Assembly (NCBI GenBank): GCA_963693365.1
Contig: CAVNZM010000001.1
Span: forward strand, 9,440,907 to 9,504,906
Direction: 5' to 3'
DNA: 64,000 nucleotides
Source of the DNA: Amoebidium appalachense
Lineage: Eukaryota > Protista > Ichthyosporea
The notes under the pieces were generated by a model. That model made no database searches. It had not been told where the DNA came from and saw only the letters and a program-made list of their open reading frames with translations. Numbering within the stretch: position 1 is the stretch's first letter; each line of letters opens with the position of its first letter. Position numbers and translations under genes: made by a program. This document shows positions 1-13,365 of the stretch, one piece after another.

Positions 1-53
1 GCTCACGCTGTTCGCCTTGTGTACTTGTCAAGAACATGGAGTACAAGGGTACT

Positions 54-307
54 TGGGCCGAATTCAGAATTTTACCGAAATCTAAGATTCTAGCACATCA
101 AACGTTGAAAAGCTGGCTAGCCATCCCCCCCCCCCCCCCCCCCCCCCCCCACCCACCCAACCACCCCACACACACACACACACACGCAAAAAAAAAAAGA
201 ACAAAAAAACAAAAACAAATGATAATTGCGATTGTTTAAGTTTGTCCATGTGGTTAGGGGGGTCTGGAAACGTTTTCTAGCTGGTTACAGCCGAAATTCA
301 CCGGCCC
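54..307. mobile_element. Possible small non-autonomous (MITE-like) element; copy at ~13253-13523, related sequence at ~12320-12470
   Basis: Imperfect inverted ends gggccgaattc...gaaattcaccggccc. The internal motif ttgtcc.tgtgg.taggggggtctgg...ttctagctgg.ta...gccgaaat.cac recurs at ~12405-12468. Confidence 0.35.
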
Positions 308-749
308 TCGTGAGTAATTAACTTATCATGCCGGTTTCACCACTAGTTAGTTGCCTGAAGAGCAGAGGATGGGCTAGAATTTAAACTGCGGTCTTTTACT
401 GTTCACTACATGATAATAAATCAAGAGAATTTCTATTACATAAGCTATGAGAATCCGAAGGCTATTCTGCTGAATCATTTTCACACTAAGGCCCAGTAAA
501 CGTGTGGCGAGCAAATAACGTACAATGGAAAAACCCGATAATGGCCAACCCACCAACCAACGGGCGCATAAGTAAATGTCTCGAAAGTGATTGGGCCGGT
601 AGCGAGGAGGAGCAAAAGAATGGAAGAGAAAATAAGCCATGGGCGGGGAGGGGGGCGCGGGGGGGGGCGGGGCGGGCAGGGGGAGAGTTGGTAGGAGGAG
701 CCTCCGGGGGGGGGGGGGGGGGGGGGGGATGAGTGCGTACGTGTGGGAG

Positions 750-830
<81 letters not shown>

Positions 831-905
831 GTACGCGTGCGTGTGTGTACGCGCGCGCATGCATTGCAGTAGGTGCTTGTGTGTTTGTCAGTGTGTGTGT
901 GTGTT

Positions 906-972
<67 letters not shown>

Positions 973-1342
973 CGTGCGTGCGCTAGAGTTTTGTAATGAC
1001 GTGTTTCTCAAGCCAATCAATACATCTAATAAACAGGTCATAGTTATGATGTGTGTTTAGTATATATAAAATCAAGGATGTTGTAATTTTCAGGTAAGCT
1101 ATCTTTCTGGGTGTCTGTTGTGAATGTGTCGTGTGTGCTGCGGTATTATGTGATCTATCAAACTACATTTGGCAATACATGACCGTTTAAGCTGGCGTAT
1201 GTGTGTGTTGTATGGGCATGCAAACGATGCCACCTTATACTTAGTAGACCTCCACTGTATGGCACGTGTACAGTTAAAGCGTGGTAAGTGGTCAATAATA
1301 CTGGGCCGTCAGCTAAAGAAAGACCAATTCTACAGGAAGGTA

Positions 1343-1478
1343 ATATGTATTTAGGTGTTACACATTTGCAAGTGCCATATTGGCAATTTGATTTAGGCGG
1401 TCATTATATATATGTATTTAGGTGTTACACATTTGCAAGTGCCATATTGGCAATTTGATTTAGGCGGTCATTATATAT
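1343..1478. repeat. Tandem duplication, 2 x 67 bp (also at ~14558-14693)
   Basis: atatgtatttaggtgttacacatttgcaagtgccatattggcaatttgatttaggcggtcattatat occurs twice head to tail. Confidence 0.9.
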
Positions 1479-2037
1479 AAAACGAGACATAAGGCTTAGT
1501 TTTTCAAGCTTAGTTTTCAAGGTGTCTGCTTTCATCGGGTCTAGTGTCGTGATGATGTACATGTCTAATAAGTAAGTGGCAGTCCAAAGTCACACGCACA
1601 CTGTTGCGGGATTTATTTGTATTTGTGCCCGGTAAGAAGGAGAGAGAGAGGGAAGGAAAGAGGGGAGAGGTTGGGAGGGGGCAGGTCGGATAGAGAAGAG
1701 AGGGTGGGAGGGCAAATAATTCTTTAAGCGGCTTATGTGCTTACACACATGCACACACCACAACCTTTACAGCTCACGATTATTGTGAAGGTAGGTGTCT
1801 TAGCTTTTTCACTCAATGCTCATCCCTACACGTGTGGATCGAACATTCGGTATATAAACAAGGAAGCAAGCACGGACGGCTACAAATTTAAAGTGCATGC
1901 GGATGTACGAATAAAATGTAAACTCGCGCCGTTTGCGTGCTCGCTGCATACAGATCCGCCCTGTATTCGCTATGTACTTGATCACTCGAATGGAACAAAA
2001 GTCGCATGATGGATCAATCATCAGCGCGCGTACCTTT

Positions 2038-2104
2038 TGGCCTACCGGTTAGAGCTCCCAGCTCGCAGCTGCGAGGATTGAGGTTCGAATCCCCATGTCT
2101 GCCA
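2038..2104 (+). pseudogene. tRNA-derived relic (tRNA pseudogene or SINE head; anticodon loop would read CGC/Ala)
   Basis: A-box-like tggcctaccggttagagc, anticodon-arm-like cccag-ctcgcag-ctgcg, B box/T-arm tgagg-ttcgaat-cccca, ending tgtctgcca. The 5' acceptor strand does not pair, so this is not an intact tRNA. Confidence 0.55.
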
Positions 2105-2409
2105 TGTCAAATTTTGTGTCCCCGAGACGCATCAAAGTTTACAAAAAAGACTTTTTCATAACCTGGTCGTGCGCTTGAGCTTAGGTACAAAATGAAATTT
2201 ATTCTTGGATACAGCGTGCCGCCAGGGTCATTACGCTAAATCCAGGTGAATGAAGGACCACCACCATCGTTGTGCGTGAACAATGGTAAAAAAACTTGCT
2301 AGGCACAAACAACTTTTCATAATAAGTGACATAATAAGTGACAGAATAAAGGCATATAACGTAGGGGCAAAATACATAATTCTTGTTTCACAAAATCGAA
2401 ATTCGGATT

Positions 2410-2937
2410 TTAAGCCGTTCCGTCCACCACCTCTCCGTCAACCACATCCGCGGAGCCATCCACAATAACCACGTTATCAGCGGCGGCCGGCCCAGGGGCG
2501 GAAGCCGGCGCGACGACGTTAACCGCGACGCGACCGGGCTGAGTCCCCACATTAACAGCCGCACGAGCTGGAGCAGGGCGAGAAGCAACACGGGTGTTGG
2601 CAGTAGTAGTAGGGGTGGTCCTCACACAACCATTGGCCCAACCCCCCCATGTGGTACCCGCGCCGCACGCAGGGCGGACAACGCACCCGGTGCGCCAATC
2701 ACGGAACTCGGTGCCCGGGGGGCAGTCGGTGGCACCGCAGCCCCACCACCACCAGGCCTGGCCCTGGGGGCAGTTGTTGTTGTTAACGGCAGTGGCACTG
2801 ACGCAGCCACCCCACCCCCACCATCCCGCCACGGTCCCGGCAGGGCAGTTCGCGGTGGGGCCCCATCCCCAGTTGCCGACAGCTTCGGCGCTGGAGGCGC
2901 AGGCGAGGGCGGCGGCGGCGATGGCGGTCAACTGCAT
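2410..2937 (-). CDS. Intronless 175-aa secreted protein with four Cys/Trp-rich C(P/G)xG...W..GC repeats; function unknown
   Basis: ATG in aaaATG context, signal-peptide-like MQLTAIAAAALACASSAEA, GC-rich coding-like composition against AT-rich flanks, repeats CPAGTVAGWWGWGGC / CPQGQAWWWWGC / CPPGTEFRDWRTGC / CGAGTTWGGWANGC, then a Thr/Pro/Ala/Val tail. Confidence 0.8.
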   Translation of the reverse strand: MQLTAIAAAALACASSAEAVGNWGWGPTANCPAGTVAGWWGWGGCVSATAVNNNNCPQGQAWWWWGCGATDCPPGTEFRDWRTGCVVRPACGAGTTWGGWANGCVRTTPTTTANTRVASRPAPARAAVNVGTQPGRVAVNVVAPASAPGPAAADNVVIVDGSADVVDGEVVDGTA

Positions 2938-4365
2938 TTTAGCGCGTTTGAAGAAAAAAGTAACTTTTGAAAGATAGGAAACGCGTCTGTTTTTTTGCGT
3001 CGCTGTAAAACTGAGGCTCTGATGGCACTACTGCAGAGATTAAAACTTGCTTGATGATTGAAACTACCAATAAAAATGGACCCTCACACTTAATTATTGC
3101 TGATTGTGATTGGCTGAATATTGAAATGACTAAATCCCCAGCGATTGTTTACTCTTCTATTTGGGGTTAGCAATAGCGAAAAAAGAAATTGCGGTGGCAC
3201 TGGTTAAGGCAGTTTCAAGTAGATGTTTCACCTTTTTTCGTCTCGGTAGTCTCTTATAAGAGAACTCCGTAGTATAGATATTTTTCTGTAATTAGCTAAC
3301 CGTTTTCGGTCTTCGCTGCAAAAAGTTATTGTTCGCCACTTACAGTGTATAAAAACGTATCATAACAGAGCCTAAGTTTTTTGAAGAAATTTTGGAATTG
3401 AATAAATCCAGTCAAAAGAAATAAAATAAAAGCTAATCGTATAGAGCCCCCCTTCGCCGCATTTTTGAAAAGTTTTGGCCTACTCATTGATTGGCTCCGC
3501 ATGCAAAATACATTTGAATATGAATCATTGTGAACCAATCACTGTCCAGCAATCAGATCTATTCAGTCTCGCACAGTGCAAAAAACATACACATTATATT
3601 CAAATCAAAGTTTCGTTTGCACTATATTTTTAGAAATTATTTTTTCGAGCAAGAATAAGACGCTGCTTGTGTTCGAAAGTGCGGTTTTATGTAGAATACA
3701 TTCATTCATTCCGCGCCCGCTCGCTTTCGAGGCCCTCTAGTTTCCAAAAACGCTGCATTACGGTACACCATAGATGACGAAGCCGCGAGGCTCCGCCGCG
3801 TATCCTTATCGACATCGGGGTTTACACACTTTATCGATATCTGTGTGCGGACGTCCTTGAAGCTAAAACAAACAAGACCGTGGGTTTCTCTTATTTATCA
3901 AGACTCCGGTCACCCATAGACCAGCTAGCGGTGTTCATTCAGGGAACAGTTGAGGGAGCGACTGATAGCTTGTATCTATATCTTCGCGTTTGTGGTTTTT
4001 GGAAAAACTGACAGAGCCTAGCTGATACATTGGTGACCAAGTCATGATGTTTTGCAGAATGGTGGCCCAAATGCAACATCAGAGGCCCCGGTATAAATTC
4101 GAAATAGAACGAACCGAAAAGGGGGTGGTGGAAATCTTCTGGAGCTAGGATTATGTAGTAGGGAAATACCATGGGAGCTCGAGGGCAGGAGGTTGGCTCG
4201 GCGTGGGGCGGAGGAGGGGAGGGACCATCAATCCACCCATTCCCATGGGGGGTGGCTGCGCCATGGTGATCGTTGTATCCGGTAGGTATCATCATCATGA
4301 TACGTGGGTATTTAGCATCGTCGTCCGGGTGCTGTTAAAAACTCACTCCGTATAATTAATTTAAA

Positions 4366-5550
<1,185 letters not shown>

Positions 5551-5593
5551 TTGTTTGCCCCCCCTCCCCTCTCCCCCCAACCCCAACCCACCC

Positions 5594-6325
5594 CTAGCCC
5601 CCAATGTCGGCCCCACAGATAACGCTGCCTGAAGGAAAGGGAGAAAAAAAAAAAAAAAAAAAAAAAAAAAAGGAAGAAGAAGAAGAAGGCCGGCAGCATC
5701 GTGGTGGGGCCTCCCAAGGATTCAATCAGAGCTGATTTCTTTAAAACGCCTATTTTTTAACGAAGCGACTAAACGAGAATTTTACTATCTAGTTTAAACG
5801 TTAACTCTATCATGTGTATGTGTTACGCTCAGAATTCCCTCTATGATGTTTCAACAATATAAGCCGCTGTAAGTCCCTTAAGTGCTAGTAATATCCAAAA
5901 TGATCAAAAACCCATGAAATAGAGATGTTTCATACAAGTACAATTCAAATTTAAATTTGCTGCACAGTAGATGTTTTTGTGCCATTTACAAACCAGCCGC
6001 CGGTGAGCCACATTTCTTCGGGAAAAAAAACCTTCCAGTTTTTCATAGGCTAACAGATGGGTGAGAAAAGATTGTAATGCAAATGGCTAGTACAAAAGCT
6101 CTGCAACCAAAAAATTATAAGATTGATGCTAATAGTTTTTTATGTTATATATCTGATTTTGTTGTTCTTTTTACGTTTCCTTCATTAAAATTTTTGAGAT
6201 TGAACCTCAGATTGCATTTACTTCGTTAAAAACCTTCCGGTTTTTCATTGGCTAGATTTAGATCCCGGAGAATGATGATGGCGACATCTAGCCCCCAATG
6301 TCAGCCCCACCAATGATGCTGCAGG

Positions 6326-6356
<31 letters not shown>

Positions 6357-8704
6357 CAGCATCGCTGGTGGGGCCTCCCAAGGAGGGGGTTTACACACTT
6401 TTTATTGCGTGGACACTGCCGGAGGCCCAGCCACATTCGACGGCCTACTGCGTTTTCCAGCACAGCCAATCAAATGCAGCCAGTGACATATGTACATGCT
6501 AGGCAACAATGAGCGCCATCGTAGTATCTGACACCCCTATTACATATTATGGGTAAGCAGAGGCTAGCATCGGTAGCTCCGAAAGAAAGTTAAGGCACCG
6601 GATCACAATATCATACTGTGCAGCATTAATAAGGTGATCTAGGATAGTCATCTTAAAACGGATATATTGAGGAAGAGAGGAAGAAAAGAGAATAAAACCG
6701 CCAATAACCTCCGGTTCTAATACATTAGCTAACAGGTTGCATTTATTGATAGATATGCAGCCGCGAGTAAACCGCCCCCCATACATATTACACATACGAG
6801 CAGGAGACACCAGAAACCGATTACACCGCCAAGCCATAATCATCTTTGCGTTTTTACACCACACCACATTACGAATAAACGAATCTATGTATGAACGAGA
6901 CTCTCTAACCGTATCCGCCATATAGGCTACTAGTAGTTGGTGTTTTTGCGGTCCTAACACCGGAAGGGACTCAACACGTAGAGTAAAAAGATATCTATCA
7001 GCCATAGACACTATGATGTAGCCGTACCTCCGGGGGGGGTCGCCAGCCATTCCACATAACGCTCGGCAATGGGCAGAGACGATGAGGAAGGGAAGAGGTA
7101 GAGGGGCGAGTCCGGCGGGGATGCGTGTAGCCGGAAGAGCGGGTGGTCCGGGGCACAAGCGGACAGGCGGGTGATGGGCTCGTGAAATTTAAGGGCTATT
7201 TCGTGTACGCGTTGTGATGGTGGTGTGAGCGCGTAGAGAGAATCAAAAAGGCGTCTAGGGATAGGTGTGGAAAGACCAGTGAGAAACGTACAACAAGTTG
7301 TGTAGTGGAAATCATCTATTGATTTGAGGACATTAGTAACAGTATCAGGGGGTGCCATAGCTAGTAAGGGCAACCCGTATTCAGACAAAGGGCGAATATC
7401 ATGATGTGCGAAATATACTAAGACGATTGTATAGGTGGACAGTATGAGAGAGAGTAGCAAGATACACATCCCTAAATAACCGAAGACACCTGCCTGCACT
7501 CTCCACCCGACGGTCGATCATCCGTTTGAAACATATGCCCCATTCGTCCACCGGAATCCCCAAATACTTGTATTCGATTGGGCGAGGGAGGGGACTGCCG
7601 AAAATACAAACGTCGTCCCATGCCGGTATCGATTTTGATAAAAGGGCACACTTTTTGACATTAATCTGCATATCGTTGCGCTGGCACCAATGTTCAACCA
7701 CACGAATGTATTGCCGTAGTTCGAGAGGATCGGATGACATAAGCACAATATCGTCGGCAAAAAAGAGGGCGGGGGGAGCCTGGGATGGCAACCCCCCGTC
7801 AATTTGTGCCGCAGAAAGAGTGTCGGCTATATCATCAACTTGAATATACAGGTTGAAAAGAAGAGGACTTAGCAGGGACCCTTGAAGTACCCTGCGTGTG
7901 CGGGTAAACCCTGGGGATAGCCGCCCATTAACCACCGCTCGTCCGCGCCAAGGATCTAATTGAAAAATGCCGCAGGTTTTCATTGGCTGGCTTCGATTTC
8001 GCCATGCATTTTCCCGCCACATTCCAAAAATCTGATATTTAGCCAATGAAAACCTGCGACATTTCATGTAGCCAATGACAACCTGCGGCATTTTGGACGA
8101 TGTTTTGGCGTGAATCTTTGCTACCGGTGCTGGATTGGGATTTGGTTCTACTGTAGAGCAGAAAACGAATCGGCCAGGAGAAGAATAAAAAAAACCGTGT
8201 TTGATATCTATTTTTTTGCATGCGTGGTACGCATCTAACGCGTACTGCTCAACGTTGGGGATGGCTGGTTCGCGCCAAATTTTGTGATATCACCTATCAT
8301 TAATTAGCCTTATGCCTACGCATGACAAACAGGTTTATTAAAAATTTAATAATTGTTAAACATTTTTTAAGCAGTCTATTTTTTAACGAAAAGCCCTCTA
8401 AATGAATCCTTGTGAGGCCCCGCCAAGGTGGCTCAAAAATCCGATAGCCTACATTGCGTAGACCATCTAATTACGTCATTATGAACTGATGTAGTCTTTC
8501 GACGCCACCGCGGCGGGGCAAAAATTTATGGCTAGGCAACATCCCATTAGCCAATGAAAAACTGGATAGCTTTTCAATTAGAATCCTTGTGAGGCCCCAC
8601 CATGGGGGCAGGCAAATTCTATAGCCTACATTGCGTAGACCATCTAATTACGTCATTTCGATGTAGTTTTCCACCGCCGTGAGGGGGCCGAGATTTGGGG
8701 CTAC
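5594..8704. mobile_element. Composite non-autonomous DNA element built from two forward and two inverted ~130-bp modules
   Basis: Forward modules 5594-5722 and 6288-6384 (ctagcccccaatgtc.gccccac...ggtggggcctcccaagga). Inverted modules 8404-8535 and 8547-8704 (gaatccttgtgaggcccc.cc...ggcta). Recurrent agccaatgaaaac motifs. No transposase seen. Confidence 0.65.
6385..7947 (-). mobile_element. 5'-truncated, frameshifted non-LTR retrotransposon (LINE) with a 7-bp TSD
   Basis: RT motifs QGSLLSPLLFNLY, LFFADDIVL, INVKKC and YKYLG (ORF 7399-8091), with C-terminal pieces in ORFs 7011-7499 and 6547-7158. Flanked by ccaagga at 6378-6384 and 7948-7954. Confidence 0.88.
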
Positions 8705-8824
8705 CCCACCCCCCTCCCTCCTTTTCTCTCACAACCCCTCTCTATCCAGTATCTCACTGGGTTTTCCATTTTGTTAATCACATTCAACATGCAAACACTG
8801 AAACATTCAAACCCTGCATCACAG

Positions 8825-9623
8825 GACCCCATCACGCATGAGTTCAAGAACACAAACAGCAAAGGCCTTCTACGCAACTGGGTGACCCTCTTCACCCGCA
8901 GGGGGGTTAGGATTGCCCCTTCAAAGACTATCTGATACCATCCGCCCCCCCCCCCCCCCCCCTCCTCCCGCCTCCCCCCCCCCCCCCCCCCCCCCAACCC
9001 ATGCCCCCCCCCCCCCCCCCCTCCCCGCGCGGAGAATACATGCCATACCCCGATTTTCCCATCATTATATACCTTTGTTTAACGTCAACTTTACAGCCGA
9101 CTGTTGATCTGTCACAGAGGTTATGATCCCATCCCACCCAGTCATTTTAGGAGTGAGCTGGGTTAATTGATTGGCTGTTTTATGTCATGGATGAATGTAT
9201 ACTTGACTTCCGAAGGCCAAACTTGGAGAGGTTTCGTGTTCTTAAAGGCTAGTGCTACCTAAGGTTTGATGTTAAGCTTAAAACAGTATTTTCATAAGGG
9301 ACATTCATCATCCAATATGCCCGATGTGGTAAATTAGTTTGCTACAAAAACCTGATGTCGGTGAACGTAACTTTCTGTGGTGTCGGAAATCTGTGCCTGT
9401 CGGAGGTAATCAATGAATGCAATGCAGCCTGCCAAATTGTTGTGTGCAAATGCTGTCTGCTTATAGTGTATTACTGGCAACAAATATTAGACATTGTTAT
9501 GGCATATGTTTGTCAACTAAGCAGCATGGCATTGCAGATGTAGCGAGACCCCACGATGTGTCGTGCTTTGAAAGTACACAGAACATGACCAAGCCCTTTG
9601 CAGCAATGAGGCGGTTGGTTTAA
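8825..9623 (+). pseudogene. Possible orphan 3' exons of a DHHC palmitoyltransferase-like gene (8825-8905 and ~9538-9623)
   Basis: cag|DPITHEFKNTNSKGLLRNWVTLFTRRG|gt resembles the C-terminal NP(F/Y)xxGxxxNxxxF motif of DHHC proteins. No DHHC core exon was found nearby. Confidence 0.3.
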
Positions 9624-10423
9624 TAATATCTGTACAGCGGCAGCACAAGCAGCAAATGTGATGTATGGACGCGCGGGGGGGGGGGGGGGGGGGGGGGGGG
9701 GCAGGCCGCGTTCAATCTGTAATCGTAGTGTTAAGTAGAAAGTCGCAGGAAGGGTGCATGACATTGTGGTATGTAGTGACGAGAATGTATGTACAGACTG
9801 TGAGGGTGATATATATTGATCGGTATGTATACGCAGTTCCCATGCCGTCTCCTAAATACCTGCATGACATAACCCTAGGATTTATAAATACTAACCCGAG
9901 CGCCTTGGTTGGTGCACGATATGGAAACAAGATACCCTTGGTGATACAATAAAACTTGGGGGGGGGGGGGGGGGGGGGGGATGGGGAGGAGGACAGAAGA
10001 GTGTGAGAAATTTAAAGAAGGGGAGAGGGAGAGCGAGAATTGGCTTTAAAGGGCCTCTCTGTGTGTCTGTGCACTGTCCATGCGATTGCATGCGCGAGAG
10101 TTTGTGTGTGTGTGTGTTAACGTTGCGGGACGAACATGAGTTGCAGCTGTGGGGGAGTATGAGGCCATGATATATATTTTCCCCCTCGAGGCCACCCCTT
10201 GTGCACCTGAAATGAATTCGAATCATCGAAGCCCCCCCAAGCCCCCTCCCTCCTCCTCCCCCCTCCCGCCCCTTTTCCCCTCCCCCCCCAAATCACCACC
10301 ACCACCAGCTCCACCTCCTCCACCTCCCCCCGTCCCCCCCTTTCTCCCCCCCCCCCCCCCCCCCCCTCCCCTCCCCCCTCCCCCGTGCTCCCTCCCCTCC
10401 CCTCCCGCCCCCCCTGTCTTCCC

Positions 10424-10455
<32 letters not shown>

Positions 10456-12226
10456 CCCCTCCCCCCAGGCGCGCTCCCCTCCCCCCTCCCGCTGTCCCTC
10501 TGCTAGAAGGGCCTGTTCAGGGGCCTGTTGCCTGCACTGTTGTCAATTTGGTTTTTCATGTCATCCGCCTTATTGTTTTACATCAGACCCTTCCCCCCTA
10601 TGTTTCTAAAGGTGACCATAACGGTTACTCCCCCCCCCCCCCCCCCCCCCCCCTCCTCCCCTTCCCCTACCAATTTTCCTACCCCCCCCCCCCCTCCCCT
10701 CCCCACCACTTTTCCCTCCTCCCCTACCCCCCCCCCCCCCCCTCCTCCCCCTTCTCCGACTCCAGCTCAAAATTCGTGACTTTCATCGATACATACTCAA
10801 ATGCGGACACAACGACAGATCCTAATCATGAGATGGCAGAATGAGGTGGCAGAATGTAGACATCGGAACAATTGTTATGTGGCATGGTGACGTTCCCGTC
10901 GGTCTTTGCCTCAGAGCATCCCCAGTTCTATGTGGGGAAACTTCATCTTCTAGGTTACCCTTGAAATATACCTAAGCATTAACCCTTTGTCACGATCCCG
11001 TGGCGGCCCCTCAAGGCGAACAGCATGGAGATGTTGGAATGGGGACTGCGACATCCCATCATACACCACATTATTTGTGAATCTCTAAACATTTTCCAAG
11101 CACTGTTGACTATGTATTCTATTTGGTCATTAAGCTACTGGACAGCAGTCAACGGTGAATCCTTTGTGTGGGTGCGGTCACAGGCCCGGCCCAAGTTCAT
11201 GACACCGAGAATGACACCGTGGTCACCGAGTCGCGACGTGATCACCCGGCGTCACCGTTAAAGGCTTTGGCTTACTGTGAGCCACCATGTTACCTCCTAC
11301 ACCTCTACAACCTTTGGAAATTCAAATTTGCCCATGCATGGCGACACCAGTCACCTGCAGGCCGAGGCAGGGCTAGAAATTACATTTTCTCACGTCGCTT
11401 ATATACCCCCCCCTCCCTCTCCCCTACTCTAGAGATTTCCTCTCCCTCTCCCTCCCTCCCTCCCTCTCTCTCTCTCTCTCCCTCTCTCTTTCGCTCTCTC
11501 TCTCTCTCTCTCTCCCCCCCCCCCCCCCCCCTCCCTCCCTCTCTGTCTCTCAAAGGAGTGCACGAGGGGTGTACGAGAGAGAGCTCCCTAGGTCTGGCGG
11601 GGTTAGGGGTGGGAGCGATGGGGGGGAGGGGGGGGGGGGGAGGTGAGGGGAGGGGGAAGGAGGGGCGGTTGGCAGAGGAGGGGGGGAGAAGGGGGGGGAG
11701 GGGCCCGGGGGGAGGGAGGGAGAGTGAAAGACGAGGGAAACCCACCACAGCATCAGCGGAATCGTGGTTAGTCTCACTGGCATACTTCACCACAAAGTAG
11801 GAGAATGTGTGTGTTTGTATGTGGGTGGGTGGGGGTGTGGAGGTGAGGGGGGGGAGAGGGGGGGGGGGGGGGAGGGGGGAGGGGGGAGGGGAGGAGGGGG
11901 GTGTGGAGGGGGGGATCCGGTCAGCACGGCCTAAATAATTGGTTCCGAACCCCCTCCTCCCCCCTCCCCCCCCCCCCCCCCCCCCCCCAACACGCACACA
12001 CACACACACGCACGCACGCACGCACGCACGCACACCCACCCACACACACCTGTCTCACACATTTTTCCATTTACCAAACCTTAACTCAGTGCCACTGGCA
12101 CCAACCGCTGAAAGGGGAGGGGGGGGTGGGGTATTGCCGCTTCCTTTTTGTGGGCAGGAGGCGGGGGAAGGGGAGAGGATGGGGAGGGGGGGGGGGGGGG
12201 GGGGGGGGGGAGATGAAATCTGTAAC

Positions 12227-12712
12227 CGTTGTTTTTGGAAGCAAACTGTTCTTTCGAGGCAGGTAGCTGTATTGTCCGTGACTAAGCCATTCAGGTTCAT
12301 TATGACATTGTCCGTCAATAAAATTCTAACGCTAGATTTTTTGGAAGATTTAAGTTTCTAGCTGTCTAGCCCCCATGGCACATATGAAATTTAAGATTTT
12401 TCTCCTTGTCCTTGTGGGCTAGGGGGGTCTGGGACTAAGATTCTAGCTGGCTAGGGCCGAAATCCACGTAATAAATCTTATGTTCGGCCTACCCCTGTAT
12501 GTAACTGTATTATCATTTGCTGAAGAGTTTGCTGTTGTATCATCTTTGTTTGAAATAGTGGGTTTCTACTATCCGAAAAGGTGTTGTTTCTATCGCATCC
12601 TTCTCAACATGATTCAAATCCAATCCCTTAAAAAGTAATCAACACTGAGATCACGGCCACGAACGGTTAGCTCCATGGCAGCAGCAAATGTAGAACAGCA
12701 CTAAATTTAAAG
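12227..12712. repeat. Dispersed repeat, diverged copy at ~19061-19350
   Basis: Shared blocks tgtttttggaag...ctttcgaggc.ggt...agctgtattgtcc.tg.ctaagc and aacatga...aatccaa...taatcaacactgaga.cacgg...atggcagcagcaaat.tagaacag.ac. Confidence 0.7.
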
Positions 12713-12797
12713 GCATTAAATCCTAGCATACGGTATTCAATTAAACGGCATTAAAAGAGACTCAGGGATGGCATGAGAGCATAAACCTGCTACAACC

Positions 12798-13163
12798 AGT
12801 GAGTTGCTTCGCGTTGATCTAAATATCTATATACTTGGCGAATTTAGAGAACCAATGTCGTTCTCTAAATATCTAAAAGTCTGCTCGATTCGCGTAGAGC
12901 AGTTTAGAAACTGAATCGTAGATCACGATTCTATTGGATAAGAGATATTTAGGCGAGTTCCAAGGACCAATCGTTTCATTCTAGACATCTAAAACCCCCC
13001 CCCCCCCCTCTTCCAGATGCGCCCATCTGGAAGAGGGTAGAAATCAATCTAGATTTTATGCAAACTTTAAAAATTAACAGAGCGATCGGATTGCAAAAGT
13101 TTAATACGCAAATTTAAAAATATAGATATTTAGAAATTTAAGATCAACGCGAAGCGGCTCAGT
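12798..13163. mobile_element. MITE-like element with ~35-bp terminal inverted repeats and an internal perfect hairpin
   Basis: Left agtgagttgcttcgcgttgatctaaatatctata against right tatagatatttag(aaatttaag)atcaacgcgaagcggctcagt. Internal 14-bp stem ccctcttccagatg-cgcc-catctggaagaggg at 13006-13037. Confidence 0.7.
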
Positions 13164-13322
13164 AACTAACGAACTCAGTTCTGAGGTATGAATTTGAAAG
13201 CTCACGCTGTTCGCCTTGTGTACTTGTCAAGAACATGGAGTACAAGGGTACTTGGGCCGAATTCAGAATTTTACCGAAATCTAAGATTCTAGCACATCAA
13301 ACGTTGAAAAGCTGGCTAGCCA

Positions 13323-13365
<43 letters not shown>

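Noticed and set aside
2038-2104. Functional tRNA-Ala gene
   Set aside because: The acceptor stem cannot form, and the anticodon and T stems have mismatches.
2383-2977. Plus-strand ORFs of 195 and 127 aa (and their duplicates)
   Set aside because: They are antisense shadows of the GC-rich minus-strand gene, which has the ATG, signal peptide and repeat structure.
7948-8091. N-terminus of the 230-aa RT ORF
   Set aside because: It lies outside the TSD and is read-through from the flanking DNA element.
9780-11800. Exon-like islands between poly-C/G tracts
   Set aside because: I could not build a phase-consistent model, there are stops in candidate frames, and no motif was recognisable.
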